Of a DNA stretch of 64,000 bases, positions 8,126 to 16,447 are shown in pieces. Below the pieces are notes generated by a model, which had not been told where the DNA came from, searched no databases, and saw only the letters and a list, made by a program, of their open reading frames with translations. Origin of the DNA: Terriglobia bacterium (GTDB lineage: Bacteria; Acidobacteriota; Terriglobia; JAJPHL01; JAPKYU01); NCBI GenBank assembly GCA_965206645.1, contig CBDBKE010000003.1, positions 416,001 to 480,000 on the forward strand, read 5' to 3'. The stretch's first letter is position 1; every line of letters starts with the position of its first letter. A program made the translations under genes and the position numbers.

Positions 8126-9412
8126 TGACCAGACCGATTTTTTGTACCAACCGTAGTGAGAGTTTACATCGCAGCCTGGGGCTGGGGCAAAACGCCACCG
8201 ACAACGCGACGTGAAACTGGTTTCAGTGGCAGGGGAGGGCTATAGGCCCCCGGCGCCGGGGGCCTATAGGCGAGCGCCGAGTGCGGCCGCACCGTGTTGT
8301 ATTGCACCCTCCACTGTTCAATCACCACCTGTGCCTCCTTCAACGAGTAGAAGATCTCTCCATTCAGGCATTCGTCCCGCAGCTTCCCATTGAAACTCTC
8401 GCAGTACCCGTTCTCCCAGGGACTGCCCGGTTCGATGTACAGTGTCCCGGTCCCTAGATTTGCCAACCACTGGCGCAGTTGTTTGGCGATGAACTCGGGA
8501 CCATTGTCGGATCGAATCTGTTCCGGTATCCCTCGCCACAACATCACGTCCGACAACGCCTCAATGATTTGTTGGCTGCCCATCCTCCGCTCCACCCGGA
8601 TCGCCAGGCATTCCCGCGTGTACTCATCCAGCAAGGTCAGCAGCCGCAGCGTTCTCCCCTCGTGCGTTCTGGCACTCATGAAGTCGTAGCTCCACACGTG
8701 GTTCGGTCGCTCCGGCCTCAGTCGGCCTCAGTCGTACACAGGAACCGTCGTTCAGCCACAGCCGTCCTCGCGGCCTTTGTTTTTGCGGCACTTTCAGCCC
8801 TTCCCGCCGCCAAATCCGCTGCACCCGGTCCTTGCCCACTTCCCAGCCCGCACTCCGCAGCAACGCTGTGATCCTCCGGTAGCCATATCGCCCGCACTTC
8901 GCTCCCAGGGCAATGATCGCTCGGGTCAGAGCATCCTCGTCCACCCGATGAATCGGCTCGTATCGTTGTGTCCCTCGCCATTGCCCCAGCAGCCGGCAGG
9001 CATGCCGTTCCGACAACCCGTGTTGCTCCCACGCACGCTCCACCGCACAACGCCGCCGCTCAGGGCTCAGAAGTTTCCCTGTGCCACATCCCGCAGCACC
9101 TGCTTCTCCAGAGAAAGCTCCGCTACCAACCGCTTCAGCCGCGTGTTTTCCTTCCCCAACTCCTTTAGCCGTTTTGCCTGCACCACCTTCAGCCCGCCGT
9201 ATTCCTTCCGCCACCGGTAGTAGGTTTGGGTGTGGATTCCAGCTTCTTTGCAGGCTTGGGGCGCAGTCTTCCCGTTCCCCATCTGCACTTCTATCTGCCG
9301 TAGCACCGCTACAATCTGCTCCGGCTTGTAACTCCTTGTCGGCATGACCTCACTTCCTCCTCAAGTGGATTCTCTCTCTTTCCACTTGGTACAAAAAGTG
9401 CCGGTCAGGTCA
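8126..9412 (-). mobile_element. IS3-family copy 2, not invaded by IS1182; OrfB frameshifted
   Basis: Same IRs as copy 1. Length 1287 = 1250 + a 27-bp insert (8184-8210) + a 10-bp duplication (8713-8732). OrfA is at 9067..9345. Confidence 0.95.
8240..8269. repeat. Perfect 30-bp palindrome in the IS3 3' end (IS1182 target)
   Basis: CTATAGGCCCCCGGCGCCGGGGGCCTATAG. It is 34 bp in the reconstructed empty sites of copies 1 and 3. Confidence 0.95.
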
Positions 9413-9413
9413 G

Positions 9414-9734
9414 GGGCTCGGCCCTTGGCTTTTCCCGAGCCACAATAACCCAAGCACGCACCAAAAGACTCTGAAGACAGTCTGGCACGCCGTTTTGCGA
9501 AGGGCCAAGGTCCCTTACTTCCGCATCTACGATCTGCGCTCGACGTACGCGACACGGTTGAGCGCCGGCGGAGTGGCGGACGAGTGGGTTACGCAGCTTC
9601 TCCGTCAAGGAGACGCGAAAGTGTTCAAGAAATATTCGCAAATGAAGCTGCAAATGAAGCGTGAGGCTTTACAAAAGCTGAACCGGATGGCAAACGAGGC
9701 CAACCGGAGTTTTGTCACGGAGCGACCAAATTGA
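9414..9734 (+). pseudogene. C-terminal fragment of a tyrosine integrase truncated by IS3
   Basis: WLFPS...VPYFRIYDLRSTYATRL...QLLRQGDAKVFKKYSQ. Confidence 0.85.
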
Positions 9735-9760
9735 GGGGTTTTGTCACGGTTTTGTCACGG
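9709..9760 (+). repeat. Three direct repeats GTTTTGTCACGG, probable integrase arm-type sites
   Basis: Copies at 9709, 9738 and 9749, between the integrase 3' end and the tRNA fragment. Confidence 0.65.
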
Positions 9761-9846
9761 TCAAGGGGTATTTGGCCCTCTCTGGGGACGTTCTGGAGTT
9801 TTTCGAAATTCGGAAGTGGTTTAGAATCAATAGAGCGATTTCAGTC

Positions 9847-9886
9847 GGGCGGTTAGCTCAGTTGGTCAGAGCGCCTGCCTTACAAG
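9847..9886 (+). pseudogene. 5' half of tRNA-Val(TAC), att-site remnant
   Basis: GGGCGGTTAGCTCAGTTGGTCAGAGCGCCTGCCTTACAAG. tRNA similarity stops right after the anticodon loop; no T arm. Confidence 0.85.
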
Positions 9887-10338
9887 TGGCTACCTCTCCT
9901 CTTCTCCTTTCACTCTCTCCCTTCTTTTCCATAGCTTTACACTCATTCAGGGACTCTGCTTTCGCTCAGCACATAACCCTTTTTGGCTGTTTGACTTGCA
10001 TTTCTGACACATTTTTGGCACAGCAGGAAGTTCATGAGAGCGACTGCCGTGGACAGATGCTCTGTTTGAAGATCGCCTCCGAGGGAGATTGCTATTCCCA
10101 CTCATGGGCCGAGGCGCTCGTCTGCGATTACCAGTTGGCGCATGCCTCGAGCACAAATGCGTCCTGCCCTCTTCAGCTGGACCGGCACGGCCAGTCCGGA
10201 AATATCTGGATACAACCTGCAAACTGAGCGAGATACCAAATTGGGTCGTGCCACATTCGCACTTCGGAAAATGCCACACACACTCCTTTGTCAGTGTGGC
10301 AATCTGGTTGACCCCCTCCTTGACCCCGGCAACTCTTA

Positions 10339-10419
10339 ACCAATAAAATCGGGGCTTCGACGCCTTACAACTTCCGCGGCAAGAAGCCGACTCCCTACGG
10401 CGGCTTGCTGCCGGTGGTC
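10339..10419 (+). pseudogene. Short N-terminal remnant of an IS1380-type transposase
   Basis: TNKIGASTPYNFRGKKPTPYGGLLPV resembles the L-T-x-Y-G-G-L N-terminal motif. Confidence 0.5.
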
Positions 10420-10967
10420 GGGAGGGCGCTGATCTGAGAGCCTAGCTATGCGCTATGCATGAAATTTTACGCACTAGCCGTAACGCACTAGAAACACGTC
10501 ACTTCCGAGCGAGGTTTTGACGACGCGGATTCTGGGCGGGAAGGGAAACCGGGGACGGAATAGCCAAAAGACCAGTTGCCGAGCTACCACCTCACGACGA
10601 CCGCCAACCCGCTACGAACGCAGCCACACTCGCAAAGTGAATCTGTGCATAATTCAGGTATCAAACTTGTGCCGTCGCGCTGCGTTGAACTTATGTGGCA
10701 TTTGGACTACCCCCAGCGTTGAAAACCAATGATAAGACATTCTTCGGGATGATCCATGCAACAAGGTCCACTATAATGCGCGCCTCGAAGGTCGCAACTT
10801 CGCACCCGACAAGGAGCTTGCCTATGCGCTTGTGGTTAGCGTACAGGCGAAGAAGATTTCCGATCTCTACGACACCATCGTCCGCAAATTCGCGCCCCTG
10901 ATTGAACCGCTGCGGCCGGTTGTCGAAATTCCCATCACGATCTGATCGTTCAGATAGCGGTACATGA

Positions 10968-11546
10968 CTAGAACCCAACAAAGATGCCGATGCTGGACTC
11001 GAGAACATTCAGAGTATGACCCTCGACACCGCGTATAGAGTACATGCGCACATCGAAGCGAAGGCCGACAGGCGCCATCACCTCCAGATTCAACCCGCCC
11101 CCATAGTTAAAACTGAACTTCGTCCCGAAGCTGGAAGACCCGCTGCCTCCCGCACGAACGAGACCCCCACCGGCTGTCGCGTAAGGCCGGAATATGGGTG
11201 CGGGCAATTCCGCCCGCAGATTCGTACTGAAGAGAAAGGCATTGCCGTCGCTGTCAATGAAATTCGGACTGTACGCGACGGTGTGCTCCAATCCCAGTGT
11301 CGCCGCAGAACGATGCAGCCGCACTCCGAAGATTCCAAAGTCCTTGGGGTCAATCTGGAAGCCTGAAAGATCGTCCGGGGAGTTTATAGACGGCACTCCG
11401 ATGGCCCCGCCCACCCCGCCCACTCCTGAACTCAGAGTGAGGGTGCCCGGGTGCTGGAAGCCTCCAAAGACTGTAAAGTCCTGAGCATGGAGCGTACCTG
11501 TGAACCCCGTCCACGCCACAATCAGAAATCCGAGGAAATATCTCAT
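10968..11546 (-). CDS. Outer-membrane beta-barrel protein (8-stranded OMP type)
   Basis: Signal peptide, RPYATAGGGL, FNYGGGL, VGLRFDVR and terminal F. Confidence 0.8.
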   Translation of the reverse strand: MRYFLGFLIVAWTGFTGTLHAQDFTVFGGFQHPGTLTLSSGVGGVGGAIGVPSINSPDDLSGFQIDPKDFGIFGVRLHRSAATLGLEHTVAYSPNFIDSDGNAFLFSTNLRAELPAPIFRPYATAGGGLVRAGGSGSSSFGTKFSFNYGGGLNLEVMAPVGLRFDVRMYSIRGVEGHTLNVLESSIGIFVGF

Positions 11547-11755
11547 CTGACAATTATAATCAATCCACGTCGCCGTCCAACCGCCGCTTGAGGTCTTCCG
11601 TACTTTGCCCGCCGGGGTCAGGCAGGGGTCTCACCTGTTTTGGTACAGCGTCCCGGTGCGGCACTCATCTCCAGCCTGCACTACTTGGTTCAGCAGCGCG
11701 ACGTACTTGCGGGCGCAGCCGAGCAGCGCGTGGTGGTTGAGGGTAAGTCGCGGTG

Positions 11756-12061
11756 TCACGAGTTCACCTCCTCACTCGCAACGGCCTTGCGGGCCCGCTT
11801 CTTGCGCATCGATTCGCCTTGCAGCTCGCTACAGCGGGCGTTGTGTACCAGGCGGTCGAGAATGCTGTCGGCCAGCGTGGGATCGCCGATCTGGATATGC
11901 CACTTGGCCACCGGCAACTGGCTGGTCAGAATGGTCGAGCGTCTCTGATAACGGTCGTCGACGCGAACGTAGATCCCGACGCGAAGCGCTTTTGCCCCCT
12001 GTCCGAAAACCCCCTTGTGATCGGTGGTCGGAACACACCGTGTTTTCAGGGGTTTGGGCAT
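11756..12061 (-). pseudogene. Fusion remnant: serine-resolvase N-terminus joined to the IS21 IstB C-terminus
   Basis: LRVGIYVRV (resolvase Y-x-R-V-S start) runs into DDRYQRRSTILTSQLPVAKWH...DPTLADSILDRLVHNA...GESMRK. Confidence 0.75.
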
Positions 12062-12264
12062 GCGATACAGGTATGTCCGGAAACTATAGTTTACTCACAT
12101 AGGGACCGCAACGCCCTAGGAAGGCGTCCAGTTGAGGCATGCCCCAACTGGACGGAGCAAGAAGGCAGTGCCTACAACTGGTACGTTGAGTCGATCTGCT
12201 ACCCCCCCCGCTTGATCTGGTCAATGATCACGATGCTGTAGAGGTGGTCGTGGTCACTCCGTGA

Positions 12265-13320
12265 CTATTCCCTTGGATGTGCGTGAACGGCTGGCCCTCG
12301 GTAGCCAATCCTTCGGATAATGCTGCCAATTTTCGGAAGCAGCACCTCTGGCTCAACGGCTCGTGCGAGGAGGTGGGCGACCAGAACCCGCAGGAGTTCA
12401 CCGAAAAGCAAATGTACATCCGATAGGGCGTGTTCGTTCGGACGCCACGGCGTGGGAAACTGGTCTTCGCATACGACTACGATGGGAGGCTGATCGCTCC
12501 GAGTTACATCCGTGGACTCGGCGACGGCGAACCCTTTCGGCATATCGCCGAGTTTCAGGCGTTCCGATCCTGGTTGAGCCTCAAGCACTTTCCTGCTAGC
12601 CACGTTGATGATGGCTTCTTGGCGCGGTATGCGCTCGGCGTCCAGCAAACGTTGTCGGATGATCCGGTCGAGACCCGACAGGAGAAGCGCAAGAACAGTG
12701 GTTGTGATGGCCGTTCTTGGGCTGTCGTCCAGTTGCACGAGTGAGATGACGACGCCGTCAGCGATCTCTAGTCGAAGCGTCCAGTGCCCGGACCCATCAG
12801 GCTGAGGTTTGAAGTAGATACGGGCTTCCGCCGCCGCGAGCCGTTCCGCGATATCAGCAACATCGTCGAGTGTCAGTAAATTGCCGGACTGCGCCATCAG
12901 AATGGCCGCCGCGGCTGCTAGCCTCGCGGGCATTGGCGACGTAGACCCTCGAGGGAATAGGATATCTGTTGCCTGGAGAATAATCCTACGCTCGACCAAA
13001 GGCGGGACGTCTGCAAGCAGATCGGCCATCGAGAGCGCGACGATAGGCAATAGGCGATCCATCCGTGTGATGGTATCGGCCATTCTTGGAAGAGTGCGGT
13101 ACAGCGCGTCGAGAGGTTCGATGCTCTCGTCGACGGCCTTCAAGTCTGGGACGAACACATCCTTCAATAGCCGGATCTTGAGACCAATCTTCTTCGATGT
13201 TGCACACAGATGCAACGCGTCACCGATCAGCGACACAAAGAAAGATCCGCCTGGCCGGAACGCTGAAATCGCTGCCGCTGCATCCGTATAAGCCCTGATT
13301 GCCGTTTCGATGTCATGTTG
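12265..13320 (-). pseudogene. C-terminal ~350 aa of a large unknown protein, 5' end missing
   Basis: Protein-like sequence from DIETAIRAY to HPRE*. The upstream part of the listed ORF is just the antisense of the TPR gene. Confidence 0.55.
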
Positions 13321-14133
13321 ACCCTTCAGAGTGAAAGGCCTGCCGAGGCGTGGGCCCGTGTCGAGCAGCGCGCCGTCGAGCTGTTGCGCCAGAACCGCAT
13401 CGCCGAAGCTCGGACCTTGCTGGAGGCCGTTGTGGAGGAACAGCCCGGGAACGCGCGCGCCCAAGCCTACCTGGCGGCCGCCGAACTGCAGTCCGGTGAG
13501 GTCGAGAAAGCGATCAACCGTGCGAGCCGGCTCCTGAAGGCCGATCCGGACAACGCCGACCTGCACGAGCTGCTTGCTCAGGCGCACATGCTGAATCAGG
13601 ACTGGGCCCGGGCTGAGAAGCAGTGGCGCGCCGTGCTCCGCGAGCGCCCGAATTCGGAAGAGGCGCGCTTCCAACTGGCCAAGGCCCTGCTGCAGCGCGG
13701 GCGCTTTCCAGAAGGCTTGCAGGAGGTGACGCGCGCCGTGGAGATCAACCCGCGGCGGAGCAACGCGCGGGCCTTGCGCGGCAACCTGCTGGCCCGAGTG
13801 GGGCGAACCGTAGAGGCGGCCAGGGAATGGCGGCTGGCGCTGGCTAGCGATCCCAACAACCCGGCTGCGCTGGCCGGGCTGGCCGTCTATTTGCGCGAGC
13901 GCGAGCCGGACGTGGCGCTCGAATACGCTCGCCGTGCGGTCGAGCTCAATAACTGGGAGTCGGTTGGGTCGATCCGCATCCTGGTGCTGGTGCACCGGAC
14001 GCGCGGGGAACATGAGCGCGCACGGGAGGTGTTACGCAAAGGGCTGCGAAAACTCTCCGACAACCCTGTCCTGGCTTCGGAATTACGCGGGCTGAACAAA
14101 CCAGCCCCGAAAAAGCCTGCGTCACCCCAGTGA
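13315..14133 (+). CDS. TPR-repeat protein, possibly 5'-truncated
   Basis: Repeated helical units ending in P-x-N (QPGN, DPDN, RPNS, NPRR, DPNN). Confidence 0.8.
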   Translation: MLTLQSERPAEAWARVEQRAVELLRQNRIAEARTLLEAVVEEQPGNARAQAYLAAAELQSGEVEKAINRASRLLKADPDNADLHELLAQAHMLNQDWARAEKQWRAVLRERPNSEEARFQLAKALLQRGRFPEGLQEVTRAVEINPRRSNARALRGNLLARVGRTVEAAREWRLALASDPNNPAALAGLAVYLREREPDVALEYARRAVELNNWESVGSIRILVLVHRTRGEHERAREVLRKGLRKLSDNPVLASELRGLNKPAPKKPASPQ

Positions 14134-14696
14134 CTGCCCGCCCCACCAAGAAGTCTGTCATTCGCCAGTACCTGCAGCAAGCGCGTCCGGCCCGCATCGG
14201 AACGGAGGAAGCTTTGGCTATCCGGCGCGAGCTGGCGTGGGTGCTGGGCCCGCAGGCGCGTATCTCCCAAGAGTACCTGCTGGACCTGCTCGCCGAGATG
14301 GGCGCCGGCGTGGACGCTGAACTGGGAGGGATCTCCCGAGAAGTCCTAGGGCTGCTGCACTTCGAGACGCTGGAAGCCGCCGAAACCACCCTGCGCACGC
14401 TCGATGAGCGCTACCGGAACTGCCGCAGCCGAAATGAACGCGCCCTCGCCGAGGAGTGCCGCCGCGGCGCCATTCGGCTGCGCCGCCGTGCCGCCCTGAT
14501 CGCCCGCAACCGCAAGGTGGCGGCGGACAAGCGCGCGGAGAAAGAAGAGATCGCCCAGTGGTTCACCATTTGGCTCCAGACCCCGGAGCTGTTCTTCGAC
14601 TGGCTCGCTCTGCGCAAACAATCCGAGGATTTCAGCAACCGTTTCGGTCCGCCACTCTCCGACCATCCAGTCTCCGACCCTATGGATCGGGGGTGA
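14130..14696 (+). CDS. Conserved hypothetical protein
   Basis: GTGA overlap with the TPR gene. KRAEKEEIAQWFTIWLQTPELFFDWLALRK recalls an Acidobacteria family. Confidence 0.75.
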   Translation: MTARPTKKSVIRQYLQQARPARIGTEEALAIRRELAWVLGPQARISQEYLLDLLAEMGAGVDAELGGISREVLGLLHFETLEAAETTLRTLDERYRNCRSRNERALAEECRRGAIRLRRRAALIARNRKVAADKRAEKEEIAQWFTIWLQTPELFFDWLALRKQSEDFSNRFGPPLSDHPVSDPMDRG

Positions 14697-14975
14697 CCGT
14701 TATGGCTGCCGTAGTGGGTTATTCCTCCCTCCGCTCGCCTAGCTGGATCATCAGGAACCGCTGGCTGTCGGGCGCGGAGTCCAAGCGGCACGAGATACCG
14801 CAGTCGGGCGGCTTCAGCCTGCTTTGCGGTCTTCCGCTCCGTTCTTAGTGTGCCTGGGTTGGGAACACAATCAGCTTCGTCGGTGTCTTTAAACACGGAT
14901 TCTCAGGATGAGTTACTCGAAGTGGGGGGCGATGGATATTCAGTGCATCTACCCGAAGGCGAGCAAATCCATTAA

Positions 14976-16212
14976 CTCTTGCCAGCTCAACCGGTCGATG
15001 CAACACAAGCGTTAAATCGTTCTGCCGGAGTTTCAAACTCCAGCGTCTGACGGGGCCGTTCGTTCAGCTGACGTGCCACCTTGTTCAGATGCGCCTGAGA
15101 GTGCACCGACAAGTCCGTTCCCTTGGGGAAGTACTGTCGGAGTAGACCGTTGGTGTTCTCATTCGAACCGCGCTGCCATGGACTCTGAGGATCACAGAAG
15201 TATACGTCAATGTCGGTCGCCAACGTGAACCGTCGATGCTCGGCGAGCTCCAGGCCTCGATCCCAAGTCAGAGATTTGTACAGTTCCGTCGGCAGCTTCT
15301 TCGCGTGCTTGATGAGCGCCGACACGACCGTCTCCGTTTTCTTGCTGGATACTTTCGTAAGCATCACGTAGCGCGTATGACGTTCGACCAGAGTCGCAAT
15401 GTGGCTGTTCTTCGATCCGGACAGCAGATCGCCTTCCCAATGACCGGGCACGGCACGATCTTCGACCGAGGCCGGGCGCTCACGGATCGATACGATGTCG
15501 GTGATCTGTCCTCGTCCATGGCCTCTCAGACTTGCATGTCGGGATCGACGAATCGTCCGCTTTGACCGCAGATGCTGCATCAGCTCTGCCTTCAGCGCAC
15601 CGCGGGCTTGAACAAACAGGCTGCGGTAGATGGTCTCGTGAGACACGTGATAGGACGGATCCTTCGGATAGGCTCGTTTCAGCCAGCTGGCGATCTGCTC
15701 AGGCGACCAGTTTATGCTGAGCTTTCTGGCCACTACCCGTCGTAGTTGTGGATGCTTGACCAGCTGACACCGCTTCGGCCGGCGGGCCCTCTCCCCGGCT
15801 TGCTCATCGGCCTCCGCTGCTCGATAGTCATTATCGCCGCCATTCCGCCGAATCTCCCGGCTCACCGTCGATGGTGAGCGACCCAGCAACCCGGCGATGG
15901 ATCGTATCGATTGATGTGCCGCAATGCCTCGAGAGATCTCTTCGCGCTCCGACAACGTCAGTGCCCAACATGAACGGCGTGGTGGCCGAGGACGGATGCC
16001 TCCGTACGGAGCAAGCTGATGGTAAACAGACGATGGCTGCTTACAAAACACTCGTCCAATCGACTTGAGCGACTCCCCTCGTTTCCACCGATCCCACACC
16101 TCCTCCAGTTCCGCCAGCGTGTAACCGCGACGAGCTCTTTGCTTCATCCGCATACACTCCACCTCCTCCTTTCAAGGCAAAGTGTTGCGTCGATGGGTTG
16201 AGACCACCCTGA
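14976..16212 (-). mobile_element. IS30-family element
   Basis: Imperfect IRs CTCAACCGGTCGATGCAACAC / GTGTTGCGTCGATGGGTTGAG. TTAA lies at equal distance on both sides (14972-75, 16213-16). Confidence 0.85.
14987..16147 (-). CDS. IS30-family transposase
   Basis: LSEREEISRG, WSPEQI, SHETIY, GHWEGD, TWDRG and WQRGSNENTNGLLRQYFPKGTD motifs. Confidence 0.95.
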   Translation of the reverse strand: MKQRARRGYTLAELEEVWDRWKRGESLKSIGRVFCKQPSSVYHQLAPYGGIRPRPPRRSCWALTLSEREEISRGIAAHQSIRSIAGLLGRSPSTVSREIRRNGGDNDYRAAEADEQAGERARRPKRCQLVKHPQLRRVVARKLSINWSPEQIASWLKRAYPKDPSYHVSHETIYRSLFVQARGALKAELMQHLRSKRTIRRSRHASLRGHGRGQITDIVSIRERPASVEDRAVPGHWEGDLLSGSKNSHIATLVERHTRYVMLTKVSSKKTETVVSALIKHAKKLPTELYKSLTWDRGLELAEHRRFTLATDIDVYFCDPQSPWQRGSNENTNGLLRQYFPKGTDLSVHSQAHLNKVARQLNERPRQTLEFETPAERFNACVASTG

Positions 16213-16283
16213 TTAACGTTCGGTATGATCCATTCGATGGCCGGTGCGGTTGCGGGATCGGGTAGGGCAGGCCGCATGATGTA

Positions 16284-16447
16284 TCACGGTAAATGATCAG
16301 CCTGGAAATATTTGGGTCGCAACTGGCACAGATTACAAACCCGAAGAACGAAGCGATCCACGACTGGATGCCTCAACTCTTCCAGCAGGTAGAGCGCCAA
16401 GCTGGGTCGTCAGGGATCGAAGCCACGCGTCGACGGCAGGGTTGCCA
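16284..16447 (-). pseudogene. cas1: Degenerate cas1 C-terminal fragment
   Basis: [32 protein letters not shown] matches the Cas1 motif GxDPxxGFxH...RPSLALDLxEEFRxxxVD, with the His segment deleted. Confidence 0.65.

Noticed and set aside
13321-14013. N-terminal 230 aa of the 582-aa minus ORF
   Set aside because: It is the antisense of the TPR gene, not protein-like.
14720-14800. Fragment DSAPDSQRFLMIQ resembling a PD40-type kinase tail
   Set aside because: Too short to support a call.
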